This document shows positions 22,561-34,317 of a stretch of DNA of 64,000 bases, in pieces. The first letter of the stretch is position 1; each line of letters starts with the position of its first letter. Below the pieces are notes generated by a model. That model did no database searches. It saw nothing but the letters and a program-made list of their open reading frames with translations, and was not told where the DNA came from. The translations under genes were made by a program, and so were the position numbers. Source of the stretch: Collinsella sp. (GTDB lineage: Bacteria > Actinomycetota > Coriobacteriia > Coriobacteriales > Coriobacteriaceae); contig DBGDDN010000063.1 in NCBI GenBank assembly GCA_048343195.1, positions 65,142-129,141 of the forward strand, in the 5' to 3' direction.

Positions 22561-23130
22561 TTAGTCGATAGCGCCGATGCGGTTGAGCGGCCAGTAGCGC
22601 ACAAGCGCCACAGCGATCAAATCAGAGCGATCGACGGGACCAAAGTAGCGTGAGTCGGCAGAGTTTTCGCGGTTGTCGCCCATCACCCACACGCACCCGT
22701 CGGGAACGGTGTAGGGATAGCTTACCTGAGCACCGGGCGCTTGGACCGAAAGTGGCCAGCTCATGCCCGTCGTATAGTCCTCGTCGAGCGCTTGGCCGTC
22801 AACGACCACCTTGCCATCCTGCAGGTCGACCGTCTGGCCGGCCGTGGCAATAACACGCTTGACAAGAACATCATGCTCGGAGGTGCCATCGGGGTTGTGA
22901 AACACCACGATATCGCCCTGCTTGACGGGCTGACCGAGCTCGAGGCTCACCTTTTGTGCCAGGATCTGGTCGCCAATCTCGATCGTGGACTCCATGGAGC
23001 CGGTGGGCACCACAAAGGGCTCGACCACAAACGAGCGAATCAAGAAGGTGGCGACCAGTGCGATCGCGATGACCGCGATCCACTCAAAAGCGCCCCTCAA
23101 CGCGGAATGCTGCGATGGAACCATTCTCAC
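22561..23130 (-). CDS. lepB: Signal peptidase I
   Basis: N-terminal TM, PTGSMEST (Ser), VKRVI (Lys), GDNRENSADSRYFG. Confidence 0.96.
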   Translation of the reverse strand: MRMVPSQHSALRGAFEWIAVIAIALVATFLIRSFVVEPFVVPTGSMESTIEIGDQILAQKVSLELGQPVKQGDIVVFHNPDGTSEHDVLVKRVIATAGQTVDLQDGKVVVDGQALDEDYTTGMSWPLSVQAPGAQVSYPYTVPDGCVWVMGDNRENSADSRYFGPVDRSDLIAVALVRYWPLNRIGAID

Positions 23131-23885
23131 TCCTCGCTCTGCGAATACGAAGCGTCCAGAATCTCCTGCGCGTAAGCACGCTCCTCGGGCGTGAGCCGCG
23201 CTGTCTCAATCAGATCGGGACGCCAACGACAGGTGCGCTCGATGGCGTTCTTACGACGCCACGCATCGACCTTAGCATGATCGCCGCTCACAAGCACCGG
23301 AGGCACGCCCTCGCCGTTGAACTCGGCAGGACGGGTGTACTGCGCGTACTCGAGCAGGCCTCCATCCTCGGCGGTCGAGAACGACTCGTCCACGTTGCTC
23401 ATCTCGTCGCCCAGGGCGCCGGGAATCAGGCGTACGACGGCATCGGCAACGACCATAGCGGGAAGCTCGCCGCCCGTAAGCACGTAGTCGCCGATCGACA
23501 GACGCTCATCGGCATACGCATACGCGCGCTCGTCGACACCTTCGTAACGACTGCACACAAACAGCAGGCGCTCACTTTTGAGCAGGCGCTCGGCCACATG
23601 CTGCGTAAAGGGCTCGCCACAGGGGGTGAAGAACACAACCGTGGGCTTGGGACCCTCTGCGCTAATGGCCTCGATGGCCTCCGCGATAGGCTCGACCTTC
23701 ATGAGCATGCCCTGCCCGCCGCCGTACGGCTCGTCATCGACGGTACGATGGCGGTCGTGCGTCCAGTCGCGCAGGTTATACGCCTTAAAATCAAAAAGGC
23801 CGGCCTTGCGGGCGCGGCCCAAAATCGATGTGGACATGACGGGCTCAAACATCTCGGGAAAGACCGAAAGGGTCTCGATCAGCAT
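23127..23885 (-). CDS. trmD: tRNA (guanine37-N1)-methyltransferase
   Basis: VDDEPYGGGQGM, RYEGVDER, SIGDYVLTGGE. Confidence 0.98.
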   Translation of the reverse strand: MLIETLSVFPEMFEPVMSTSILGRARKAGLFDFKAYNLRDWTHDRHRTVDDEPYGGGQGMLMKVEPIAEAIEAISAEGPKPTVVFFTPCGEPFTQHVAERLLKSERLLFVCSRYEGVDERAYAYADERLSIGDYVLTGGELPAMVVADAVVRLIPGALGDEMSNVDESFSTAEDGGLLEYAQYTRPAEFNGEGVPPVLVSGDHAKVDAWRRKNAIERTCRWRPDLIETARLTPEERAYAQEILDASYSQSEE

Positions 23886-23895
23886 GTTGTCCTCC

Positions 23896-24417
23896 CTACT
23901 TGTCCATATCGATCAGGCCGTCCATAACATGGACGGAAATTGTTCCTGTGTCGGGAAGATCGAGCACGACCTGCTCGATCACGGGAATCAGTACCTCGCC
24001 GTACCGATCGCCCTCGACAACCCAAACATCGTTAGCGGGCGTCGACATGATCTCGACGATCGTGCCGAGCGAACCGAAGCGCTCGTCGACCACCTCGCGA
24101 CCCATCAGGTCGGTATAGGCAGCGTCGAGCGAATCGAGCTCAAAGTCGTCACGATTTGCCAGCACGTAGCATCCCGTGATGCCCTCGGCGGCCGTCAAGT
24201 CGTCAATGCCCTCAAACGAGACCAGATCGCCATCGCCCGTATCGGTGACGGACACGACCGTGCAAAAGCGGTCGCGCTTGAGCGCCGGCGGCGTCAGGGC
24301 GACGCGCATACCCGGCTCTAATACAGAAGGAAGCCCCCGCAGCGGCTGCGCGAGGACCTCCCCCTTCCTTCCGTGCGGCTTGACCACACGGGCGATGTTT
24401 TTGTACTGGGACCTCAA
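23896..24417 (-). CDS. rimM: 16S rRNA processing protein RimM
   Basis: PHGRKGEV, PANDVWVV, LIP; between khpA and trmD. Confidence 0.9.
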   Translation of the reverse strand: MRSQYKNIARVVKPHGRKGEVLAQPLRGLPSVLEPGMRVALTPPALKRDRFCTVVSVTDTGDGDLVSFEGIDDLTAAEGITGCYVLANRDDFELDSLDAAYTDLMGREVVDERFGSLGTIVEIMSTPANDVWVVEGDRYGEVLIPVIEQVVLDLPDTGTISVHVMDGLIDMDK

Positions 24418-24421
24418 GGTC

Positions 24422-24706
24422 CTAGCCCAGAACCTCTACCTCGACAGCAGTGTCGAGGCGAGCGGCCAGTGCACGGGCGAGCGTGCGAATGGCCTTGATG
24501 GTACGGCCACGACGGCCGATGACCTTAGCGACGTCATCCTCGGCGACCGAAACCTCAATCGTAGAGGCGTCGTCACCATCGATGACCTCAAGGCTCACGG
24601 AATCCGGGTCGTCGACGATCTGAACAACGAGATATTCGACGAGATCGGCGATGCGATCTGAGAGCATTGCCTCACCCTCGAGCTGTGCAGCGTCAACCTC
24701 AGGCAC
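24422..24706 (-). CDS. khpA: KH-domain RNA-binding protein KhpA
   Basis: KVIGRRGRTIKAIRT KH GxxG motif; follows rpsP. Confidence 0.92.
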   Translation of the reverse strand: MPEVDAAQLEGEAMLSDRIADLVEYLVVQIVDDPDSVSLEVIDGDDASTIEVSVAEDDVAKVIGRRGRTIKAIRTLARALAARLDTAVEVEVLG

Positions 24707-24709
24707 GAT

Positions 24710-25051
24710 TTACTCCTCGGCGCCCTCAGCGGCCTCAGCGGCAGCCTTAGCGGCCTCGGCCTCTTTGGCGAGCTGCTTCTTGGACTTCTTGACGACGGTC
24801 TCGGTCTTCTCGCCCTCGTTGGCGGCCTTGACCAGAGCGGCGACGGCGTCGGTGAGCTGAGCGCCCTTGGACTGCCAGTCGGCGATCTTCTCAAGGTCGA
24901 GGTTGATGGTCTTGGGGGCGGTCATCGGGTTGTAGCGGCCAACCTCCTCGATGATACGACCGTCACGCGGGGCGCGGGAATCGGCGACGACGACACGGTA
25001 GTACGGACGCTTCTTAGCGCCGTGACGAGCAAGGCGAATCTTGACTGCCAA
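24710..25051 (-). CDS. rpsP: 30S ribosomal protein S16
   Basis: [28 protein letters not shown] start after GGAGG. Confidence 0.98.
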   Translation of the reverse strand: MAVKIRLARHGAKKRPYYRVVVADSRAPRDGRIIEEVGRYNPMTAPKTINLDLEKIADWQSKGAQLTDAVAALVKAANEGEKTETVVKKSKKQLAKEAEAAKAAAEAAEGAEE

Positions 25052-25291
25052 AGGAAACTCCTCCAACCAAGCAGCTTTAGGCTGCAACTACAAACAAACA
25101 GTTGAACATAATACGCCATCGACGCGGGCAGGTGAAGTCCGTGAGACCAACTTCTTCGGTGTAGTCGAGGGCAAATCCATATCTTAGACAAGAATTCGCG
25201 ATTTGCAAGCGCATCCACGCACCCCACATGAGCTGCGCGGTATACTCATGACATGGAAAGACGCGAACATACATACGGTTATGAGGATGCC

Positions 25292-26506
25292 ATGGGCGTC
25301 ACGCCGCCTCCCTGGACGGGTCCGGCGGTGGGCCTCATGGACCTCGATGCGTTTTTTGCGAGCGTGGAGATGCTCGATCATCCCGAATGGCGCGGAAAGC
25401 CGCTCATCGTGGGCGGAGACGCCGAGTCGCGCGGCGTCGTGTCCACGTGTTCGTACGAGGCGCGTCGCTTTGGCGTGCATTCTGCCATGGCCTCGGCCGA
25501 GGCGCGGCGCCTGTGCCCGCAGGCCATTTGGACGCACGGACACTTTGATCGCTACCGCGAGGTGAGCGCGCAGGTCATGGCGATCCTTGCCGATGAGACA
25601 CCGCGCGTGGAGCGTGTGTCCATCGACGAGGCCTTTATCGATATCACACCGGGTCGCTTTGCGCCCGAAGACCCGCTGCTGGTTGCGCGGCGTATAAGCG
25701 ACCGCGTGGCAGCGCTGGGAGTGACCTGCTCCATTGGCGTGGGCTGCAACAAGACGGTCGCAAAGATCGCAAGCGAGCGGGATAAGCCGTTTGGGCTGAC
25801 CATCGTGCGCCCCGGAACCGAGCAGCGCTTTTTGGCCGCGCTGCCGGTATCTGCCATGAGCGGCATCGGGCGCTCGGCCGAGGAGCGACTGCGCCGCATG
25901 CGCATCTACACCCTCGGCGAGCTATCACGTGCACCGGAATCCACCTTGGCCTCTATTTTTGGCGTCAACGGCGAACGCATGCGCCAGCGTGCGCTGGGAC
26001 TCGAAATCTCCGAAGTCACGAGTCTCGATGAGGAGCGTGAGGTCAAGTCGGTCAGTAATGAACGCACCTTTGCGAAAGATTTGACTGAGCGTGGGGATAT
26101 TGAGGCGGCGATTGCGCTGCTGGGTGAGTCGGTGGGACGCCGTCTGCGCCGTCAGGGGCTGACGGGTGCCACGGTAACGCTCAAGCTCAAGTATTCGTAT
26201 GGAAGCGGGCGTACGGCACAGCGCCGGCTGCCTCATCCAACCGACGATGAGAACATCTTCGTGGCGGTTGCACTCGAACTGCTCGACAACATCTGGCAAG
26301 AAGGCATGCATGTTCGCTTAGCCGGCATCGGCATGAGCGACTTCGACCACCAAGGCGGCATCCAGACTGACCTGTTCTGCGAGATCGATGACCGCGGAGC
26401 CCAATCCAGCGACCGCCGCGACCTCTCCGTCGCCATCGACGCCGTCCGAGACAAATTCGGCGACACCGCCCTTTCCTTCGGCCGCCAATCCCGCTTCAAC
26501 GATTAA
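25292..26506 (+). CDS. dinB: DNA polymerase IV (DinB)
   Basis: DLDAFFASVE, CSYEAR.FGV, SIDEAFID, AKIASERDKP; ATG 25292 preferred (GAGG SD), ORF open from 25253. Confidence 0.96.
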   Translation: MGVTPPPWTGPAVGLMDLDAFFASVEMLDHPEWRGKPLIVGGDAESRGVVSTCSYEARRFGVHSAMASAEARRLCPQAIWTHGHFDRYREVSAQVMAILADETPRVERVSIDEAFIDITPGRFAPEDPLLVARRISDRVAALGVTCSIGVGCNKTVAKIASERDKPFGLTIVRPGTEQRFLAALPVSAMSGIGRSAEERLRRMRIYTLGELSRAPESTLASIFGVNGERMRQRALGLEISEVTSLDEEREVKSVSNERTFAKDLTERGDIEAAIALLGESVGRRLRRQGLTGATVTLKLKYSYGSGRTAQRRLPHPTDDENIFVAVALELLDNIWQEGMHVRLAGIGMSDFDHQGGIQTDLFCEIDDRGAQSSDRRDLSVAIDAVRDKFGDTALSFGRQSRFND

Positions 26507-26518
26507 CAGCCTTTGGGC

Positions 26519-26563
26519 AAAAAGAAAGCCGGGCAGGTGCGGAAAACCGCAACTGCCCGGCGA
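26519..26563. terminator. Terminator between convergent dinB and rsfS
   Basis: GCCGGGCAG..TGCGG-AAAA-CCGCA..CTGCCCGGC stem, U-tract on the minus strand. Confidence 0.7.
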
Positions 26564-26602
26564 TATGCGTGAGGGTAGCTAAACCCCGTCTCAAATGAGC
26601 TA

Positions 26603-27058
26603 CTAGAGGAGGTTGAGGGGGAGCTGGGGGGCGTCTCCCCAGAGCTTCTCGAGGCGGTAGAAGTCGCGGGCTTCGGGAGTGAAGACGTGGACGACAACCG
26701 AACCGTAGTCCATGAGCATCCAAGTCTTCTGCTCGCGGCCCTCGATGGAGAACGGATGCTCGCCGCAAGCCTCGGCGACCTTCTCCTCGATCTCGTCGAC
26801 AATTGAATCGACCTGGCGGTTGTTGGCACCGGTGGCAAGCACAAAGTAGTCGCACACATCGGAAAGCTCGGTCAGGTCGAGCACCTGAACGTCCTCGCCC
26901 TTCTTGTCGTAGGCGGCCTGCGCGGCGGCGCGGGCGACATCCTCGGCGGCGACACCGCTCGCGGACAGCGAGGCGGCAGTGCGGTCGGACGTGGCGGCGA
27001 AGCTCTTGTGCTCCACGCCTTCAAGAATCTGCTCGTCGGTCATGGTCTCGTCGGCCAT
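26603..27058 (-). CDS. rsfS: Ribosome silencing factor RsfS (Iojap)
   Basis: DKKGEDV..LD, DYFVLATG, W.LMDYGSVVVHVF..EARDFYRLEKLW. Confidence 0.96.
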   Translation of the reverse strand: MADETMTDEQILEGVEHKSFAATSDRTAASLSASGVAAEDVARAAAQAAYDKKGEDVQVLDLTELSDVCDYFVLATGANNRQVDSIVDEIEEKVAEACGEHPFSIEGREQKTWMLMDYGSVVVHVFTPEARDFYRLEKLWGDAPQLPLNLL

Positions 27059-27085
27059 GGAATACCTCTTTCTAGACAGCCCGAG

Positions 27086-27694
27086 CTAGCGCAGCTGGGC
27101 GTAATGGTTGTAAATCGAAATAGCCGTGGGATAAAGATAGCGCCCGGACTGGATCACATAGACCAAACCCTGCGCAAAACAGGAGAAGAACAACTCGTCG
27201 AGCGACGACTCCCCCACCATCTTGCGCAGCGCATGCGCATAGTCGCCGTGGCGGTTGGGCTCGATGGCATCGGCCACAAAGACCACCATATCGAGCGGCG
27301 TCATGTCGCAAGCGCCCACGGTATGACGGTCGACAGCCTGGAAAACGGCCGGCGACAACTCGGGGAAAAGCTGCGGAAGCTCATAGGCGGCAACAGGACC
27401 ATGCAAAAGCGGCGTCGCGGCGGAAGGAGAACCGGCAATCTTAATGCCGTAATGCAGAGCGCGCGTAACCAGCTCGTCGTCGGAGAGCACTTTGTCCCAG
27501 TCGTGGATCAGACCGGCAGCAGCGGCATCAAAGCGGTCAACGCCGTAGACCTCGGCCAGATGAAGTGCGGTCTCGGCAACACCCAGCGAATGCACATAGC
27601 GCTTGCGCTTATCCTTCATGCGAACATCGAGCAGCTCTTGAATGCGCTTGAGTAGCGCGCGCTCATCGCCCTCAAACTGATCCTCTACCGACAA
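27086..27694 (-). CDS. yqeK: HD-domain Ap4A hydrolase YqeK
   Basis: RYVHSLGVA, IHDWDK, LLHGPV, HTVG, ADAIEPNR; follows nadD. Confidence 0.9.
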   Translation of the reverse strand: MSVEDQFEGDERALLKRIQELLDVRMKDKRKRYVHSLGVAETALHLAEVYGVDRFDAAAAGLIHDWDKVLSDDELVTRALHYGIKIAGSPSAATPLLHGPVAAYELPQLFPELSPAVFQAVDRHTVGACDMTPLDMVVFVADAIEPNRHGDYAHALRKMVGESSLDELFFSCFAQGLVYVIQSGRYLYPTAISIYNHYAQLR

Positions 27695-27706
27695 CGTAGA
27701 CCCCCA

Positions 27707-28384
27707 TCACTCAAAATCTTCTTGGCCCAAATCGGCATATAGCCTGCGTTTGCGAATGTAGCCGAGCACGGACTCGCTCGTAAGATAGCGCACGCTCATA
27801 CCGCGGGCAACACGCTTGCGAATGTTCGTCGAGCTGATCGCCAGCGCCGGAATCTGAATATAGCGCACGTCGAACGGCAGCCCCGACTCTTTGATTCGGG
27901 CACGCGCCGTATCGATATCAAAGCCCGGTCGCGTCGCCGCAATAAAGGTAGCAAGCTCAGCGATTCGTTCGGCATCATGCCAAGTCACAATATCGATAAT
28001 CGCGTCGGCGCCCGTAATAAAGTAGAGCTTTACCTGCGACGGGTAAAAGTCGCGAAGGGCATGAAGCGTATCGGCCGTATAGGTTACACCCGGACGGTCG
28101 ATCTCGAACCGGCTCGCCAAAAAGGCCGGGTTCGCGGCGGTGGCGAGGACCGTCATGGCATAACGGTCCTCGGCAGGCGTCACCGGCTTGTCAAGCTTAA
28201 AGGCAGGAGAGCCCGCCGGCATAAAGAGCACAGCGTCCAAGTCGAGCGACTCGCGCGCCTGCTCGGCGGTCACCAGGTGCCCGTAATGGATGGGATCAAA
28301 GGTGCCACCCATAATGCCGAGCCTAAACTCCTGCCCGTCCTCTAGAGGAAGCTCGGGCAGACCGATTCCACCGCGCAGCGACAT
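27707..28384 (-). CDS. nadD: Nicotinate-nucleotide adenylyltransferase
   Basis: GGTFDPIHYGHL, YFITGAD, ISSTNIR. Confidence 0.97.
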   Translation of the reverse strand: MSLRGGIGLPELPLEDGQEFRLGIMGGTFDPIHYGHLVTAEQARESLDLDAVLFMPAGSPAFKLDKPVTPAEDRYAMTVLATAANPAFLASRFEIDRPGVTYTADTLHALRDFYPSQVKLYFITGADAIIDIVTWHDAERIAELATFIAATRPGFDIDTARARIKESGLPFDVRYIQIPALAISSTNIRKRVARGMSVRYLTSESVLGYIRKRRLYADLGQEDFE

Positions 28385-28387
28385 GGC

Positions 28388-29866
<1,479 letters not shown>

Positions 29867-29939
29867 CTACAAAAAAGAGGGAGACCCTTGAATCCTAAAA
29901 CTCAAGTGCCTCCCACATATGTGCTCTATGAAGGGTGAA

Positions 29940-30197
29940 TTACGCGTTCGCGAGCGGGCGTACGCTGACCCTGTGCTTGATACCCTTGTGGAACTCAACG
30001 GTACCGTCGACCAGCGCGAACAGCGTGTCGTCCTTACCACGGCCAACGTTCTCACCCGGGTGGATGTGCGTGCCGTGCTGACGGACGAGAATCGTGCCCG
30101 TGGTTACCGTCTGGCCGGCATAGCGCTTCGTGCCAAGGCGCTGACCGCGGGAGTCACGGCCATTACGGGAGGAACCGAGTCCTTTTTTGTGTGCCAT
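29940..30197 (-). CDS. rpmA: 50S ribosomal protein L27
   Basis: [16 protein letters not shown]. Confidence 0.99.
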   Translation of the reverse strand: MAHKKGLGSSRNGRDSRGQRLGTKRYAGQTVTTGTILVRQHGTHIHPGENVGRGKDDTLFALVDGTVEFHKGIKHRVSVRPLANA

Positions 30198-30230
30198 TGT
30201 GTATACCTACTCTTTCGTTACGAGTGTAAT

Positions 30231-30605
30231 CTACTCGGCGACGGGAGCCTCGGCAACAGCCTCAGCCTCTGCCTTGACAGCCTTCTTGGCGCGGGAGGTA
30301 GCCTGAACCTTCACGATCTTCAGCTTGGTGAGCTGCTGACGGTGACCCTTCAGACGACGATAGCGCTTGCGCTTGTGGAACTTGAAGACCAGCTGCTTCT
30401 CGCCCTTGAACTGCTCAACGATCTGAGCGGTAACCTTGGCCTTGGCCAGCTTGTCGGGATCGGTGACGATCTTCTTACCGTCGTTGAGGAAGATAACCGG
30501 CAGGGTGACCTTGTCGCCCTCATTGCCCTCGATCTTCTCGACGGTGATGACATCGTCGGTGGCGACCTTGTACTGCTTGCCGCCCGTGTTAACGATTGCG
30601 TACAT
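30231..30605 (-). CDS. rplU: 50S ribosomal protein L21
   Basis: MYAIVNTGGKQYKV, GHRQQLT. Confidence 0.98.
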   Translation of the reverse strand: MYAIVNTGGKQYKVATDDVITVEKIEGNEGDKVTLPVIFLNDGKKIVTDPDKLAKAKVTAQIVEQFKGEKQLVFKFHKRKRYRRLKGHRQQLTKLKIVKVQATSRAKKAVKAEAEAVAEAPVAE

Positions 30606-30672
30606 GTTTACTTGCCCTTCATGCATCAGTTAGTGCAACAGCCGAATATAGTAGCAGGCGAAAATACCCCCG

Positions 30673-31485
30673 TCAACGAGTATGTGGAGCAAATCCACAA
30701 GTTCGCACAGGTATGGGGCTGACGAGTCGGCCCCCGTCGTCCTCGCATGCTTGATTCTGACGCTCGACATCGTAGGAGCAGATGGTCACGAGGTCTTGCA
30801 TACCGGTGGAAACAATAGGTGCATCCACGCCCGGGGTCAAGCCCTGCAACAAAACATCAGCAGCAGAAAGCAAAATTTCCGGACGCATGGAGCCCTCGTT
30901 GTCGGCATGGGTGTCGAGCATGAGCACCAAATGGTCCGGGCGCTCCCCCGCCGTGAGCTCATAGCCCACGAGCGTGTGATCCAAATCCAAGCGCTTGCTC
31001 TTTTTGCCGCGCGCGTAGTCGATGCCGTGGCCCGCGCGCAGCGTGTCGATCGCACGACGCACCTCGTCGGCGCTTACGGGCGCCTCGGGATCCAAGTGCA
31101 GGTCGATGCGATACGACAGGCGCGTGAGCTGCGCCGTCAACGCCGGCGTGCGCACGTCGATGTACGCCGCCTCGATGGGCGCCAGATCGGCCGGAGACGC
31201 CGCAGCCAGGCGCCCAAACGCCTCGTCGAGCGCCACGAACTCGGTCATACACAGGTCATACCACTCGCAGGTCGACGACGTACCCACCGGCAGCGCCGAA
31301 GAGAAGCCCACGCGCATGTGCGGAGAGAAGCCCTGCGTGACGGCATAGGGAAGTCCCGCACGGCGCACGATGCGCTCAATGGTATGGATTACTTCGAGAT
31401 GGCCCAGGTACTTAAGGCGATCGCGCTTGCCATAGCGAACACGAAGCCTAAAGAGCGAGGGGTTGTCGGTCAGGCGCTCACTCAT
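30673..31485 (-). CDS. Radical SAM-linked protein (TIGR03936/DUF2344-like)
   Basis: RVRYGK...KYLGHLE, RRAGLP..TQGFSPH, ALPVG; coupled to upstream radical SAM gene. Confidence 0.85.
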   Translation of the reverse strand: MSERLTDNPSLFRLRVRYGKRDRLKYLGHLEVIHTIERIVRRAGLPYAVTQGFSPHMRVGFSSALPVGTSSTCEWYDLCMTEFVALDEAFGRLAAASPADLAPIEAAYIDVRTPALTAQLTRLSYRIDLHLDPEAPVSADEVRRAIDTLRAGHGIDYARGKKSKRLDLDHTLVGYELTAGERPDHLVLMLDTHADNEGSMRPEILLSAADVLLQGLTPGVDAPIVSTGMQDLVTICSYDVERQNQACEDDGGRLVSPIPVRTCGFAPHTR

Positions 31486-33359
31486 GCGCGATCACCCATC
31501 AATACATTCTTGGCGTGGAGCGTGGGGCAGATCCCGCAGCCGGTGCACGACGTGCGGGTACAGTCGGGAGTCGTGACGCCCTCGAGCGAGCGACGGTACT
31601 CGCGCTCGAGGAAGCCGCGCGTGCAGCCGGGGCTCACGTGCTCCCACGGCAGGCGCCAGTCCAACTCGTAGGGCAGGTGCACGAGCTCATTGAGGTCGAT
31701 GCCGTTTTTGGCAGCAGCTTCCTTCCAGTTATCGAGCGAGAAATGCTCTACCCAGGCGTCAAAGCGAGAGCCCGAGCGCCAAGCATCGATGATGACGGGC
31801 GTCATGTCACGACCGGCGCGGGAAAGCGCGGCCTCGATGAGCGAGGTCTCGGCATCGTGGTAATGCACGCGGACGGCACGGTTGCGAACGCTCGTGATAA
31901 GCAACTTCTGGCGACGCTTGACGTCGTCGTAGTCGAGCTGCGGGCACCACTGGAACGGCGTGGCAGCCTTGGGGATAAAGACCGAAACCGAGATGGACAC
32001 CGAGATCGAGCCGCGACGAGCCTTGGGCACCACGGAACGACCGAGCTCCAGCACGTGATCGGCCAGATTGGCGATGGCCACGATGTCCTCATCGCGCTCG
32101 CCGGGAAGGCCCATCATAAAGTAGAGCTTCATGCGGTTCCAGCCGGCCTCGAAGGCCGCCTTGGCCGCACGGTCCAGGTCCTCCTCGGTCACGTTCTTGT
32201 TAATGATGTCGCGCATGCGCTGGCTGCCGGCCTCGGGCGCGAACGTCAGGCCGCCCTTCTTTTCGCCGGCGACCGACTCGGCCATATCCACGCCAAACGA
32301 ATCCAGGCGCTGCGACGGAATAGACACGCGTATACCCGTATCCTCCAGGCGACGGTTGAGCCTGCCGAGCACGTCGCGAATGCAGGAGTGGTCGGTCGTG
32401 GAAAGCGAGGTCAGCGACACCTCGTCATAGCCGGTCTTTTCCAGACCCTGAATCACCGACGAGACGATCTGGTCGGCCGAGCGCTCGCGCACCGGGCGAT
32501 ACGTCATGCCGGCCTGGCAAAAACGACAGCCGCGGGCGCAGCCGCGCAGGATCTCGATAGACAGGCGGTCGTGAACCAGCTGTGCATAGGGCACGCACGA
32601 CTGCGACAGCGGATTCGTGGCGCCGAAATCCTCGACGACGCGCTTGTAGACCACGGTCGGCGCATCCTTGCCCTCACGCGGCACGGTGTAGCCATGCGGC
32701 GAGCAGGGCTCGTCGTGACGAGCCTCATAGAGCGACGGCACGTAGTTGCCGGCAATGGATGCAAGCTGCTCGACAATCTGCGCGCGCGGGACCCCTTCGT
32801 CACGCAGGCGGCGATGCAGCTGGCAGGTCTCGAGCAGCGATTCCTCGCCCTCACCGATGAGGATGGCATCGAAGAAGGCCGCGTACGGCTCGGGGTTGTA
32901 CACCGAGGGACCACCGGCGATGATGATTGGGTCGTCTTCACCTCGGTCGGCCGCTAACAGCGGAATGCCAGCGAGGTCCAAAGCCTCGAGGAAGTTCGTC
33001 ACCGCCATCTCGTGCGGCACATGCAGACCGACGATATCAAACGAAGCGACCGGCGCTGCACCCTCGAGCGATAGCAGCGGAATACCCGCCTCGCGCATGG
33101 CGTCGCCCATATCGGGCCACGGCACATAGCCGCGCTCGCAGGAGATGCCCTCGGCCTGGTTAAGGATGTTGTAGAGGATGGCGATGCCCTGGTTGGGCAG
33201 ACCGACCTCGTACACATCCGGATAGATCAGGCAGCAACGGTAGTCGGCATCGGCCTTGGAAAGCGTGCCCCACTCGTGATCGATATAGCGGCTCGGCTTC
33301 TCGACCTTGGCGAGCAACGGCTCAATTAAATGAAAACAGTCTTGGTATGCAACGCGCAA
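31482..33359 (-). CDS. B12-binding radical SAM protein (TIGR03960-like)
   Basis: VEKPSRY, YPDVYEVG, RGCARGCRFCQAG (CxxxCxxC), TFAPEAGSQRMR, terminal CxxCGxC. Confidence 0.9.
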   Translation of the reverse strand: MRVAYQDCFHLIEPLLAKVEKPSRYIDHEWGTLSKADADYRCCLIYPDVYEVGLPNQGIAILYNILNQAEGISCERGYVPWPDMGDAMREAGIPLLSLEGAAPVASFDIVGLHVPHEMAVTNFLEALDLAGIPLLAADRGEDDPIIIAGGPSVYNPEPYAAFFDAILIGEGEESLLETCQLHRRLRDEGVPRAQIVEQLASIAGNYVPSLYEARHDEPCSPHGYTVPREGKDAPTVVYKRVVEDFGATNPLSQSCVPYAQLVHDRLSIEILRGCARGCRFCQAGMTYRPVRERSADQIVSSVIQGLEKTGYDEVSLTSLSTTDHSCIRDVLGRLNRRLEDTGIRVSIPSQRLDSFGVDMAESVAGEKKGGLTFAPEAGSQRMRDIINKNVTEEDLDRAAKAAFEAGWNRMKLYFMMGLPGERDEDIVAIANLADHVLELGRSVVPKARRGSISVSISVSVFIPKAATPFQWCPQLDYDDVKRRQKLLITSVRNRAVRVHYHDAETSLIEAALSRAGRDMTPVIIDAWRSGSRFDAWVEHFSLDNWKEAAAKNGIDLNELVHLPYELDWRLPWEHVSPGCTRGFLEREYRRSLEGVTTPDCTRTSCTGCGICPTLHAKNVLMGDRA

Positions 33360-33369
33360 CGGAAAACCC

Positions 33370-34299
33370 CTAAGCAGCGAGATCGGATGCGTCTTGGTAG
33401 AACGCCATAGGACGGGTAGCGCCCGCGACCGTGGTCACCAGATCGCGAACGCGGGAGAACGTGGCAGTGACCACCTCGTTGGCACGGCTGTAGTCGACAT
33501 CGCGCTCGTAGAGCGAAACAAGCGCACGGCCCATGCCATAGGTGCCCGCGGCAGCAGTGAGCGCCTTGACGGCAAACCCAATATGCGGCGTCTGCTTGAC
33601 GAGCGCGCGGGTGACCGCGCGGATCACAAGACCGCCGGCAAGCACGCCCGCGACCTCGTAGCCACGCTCGGGTTTAATGCCGCGTCCAAAGACGGCAGCG
33701 AGCTCAAAGAGCATGCCCACCTGCGCCAGCGCCATAACGGGATAATCGGCGCCCGGCAAAAACACCAGTGCACCGGTCGCCATATTGGTGAGCGCGCACG
33801 AGGTGATGATACGGTTGGCCGCCGCGATGCGCATGAAGGCAAAGTTCGCCGCAAAAGCCGTTTCCTTGTCGGTGCGATCGAGAATCCAGCGGGCAAGCGT
33901 CTCGAGCAGATACGTCTTATCGATTGCCGCTACCACGCCGAGCATGGGCGTGGACTCCTCGATAAACGGCACCTCCACAGCAGACTCGGCAAGCACGCAC
34001 ACGGGCGCGCCGGCGATCACGAGCTCCTGCACGGCACTCTCCAAGCGGTCGGAACCACACGAGAGCACCAGCACCACATCGGTATCGGTCTTTGGAGCAA
34101 TTCGCTCCTCCCCCAGACGCTCGACGCGCACAATGCCCGAGGTCGTCTGCGGCACAAAGGCGTCACGCACCGTCTCGGCCAGAAAGCGCGAGGCGGACGA
34201 ATCCAGATAGACCGAGACGCGCACCGGCGTATCGGAATCCTTCTTAACGGACGCGCCCATCTTAAAAGCGCGGGTCAGCTTATCTACGGGAATTTTCAT
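33370..34299 (-). CDS. Hypothetical protein with DUF697/YcjF-like C-terminal region
   Basis: PGADYPVMALAQVGM..ELAAVFG and AAGTYGMG resemble DUF697; coding-like ORF in an operon. Confidence 0.6.
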   Translation of the reverse strand: MKIPVDKLTRAFKMGASVKKDSDTPVRVSVYLDSSASRFLAETVRDAFVPQTTSGIVRVERLGEERIAPKTDTDVVLVLSCGSDRLESAVQELVIAGAPVCVLAESAVEVPFIEESTPMLGVVAAIDKTYLLETLARWILDRTDKETAFAANFAFMRIAAANRIITSCALTNMATGALVFLPGADYPVMALAQVGMLFELAAVFGRGIKPERGYEVAGVLAGGLVIRAVTRALVKQTPHIGFAVKALTAAAGTYGMGRALVSLYERDVDYSRANEVVTATFSRVRDLVTTVAGATRPMAFYQDASDLAA

Positions 34300-34317
34300 A
34301 GCAAACCCCTCCAGCGG

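Noticed and set aside
30198..30230. Missing Prp protease between rplU and rpmA
   Set aside because: L27 starts MAHKK with no N-terminal extension, so Prp is not needed
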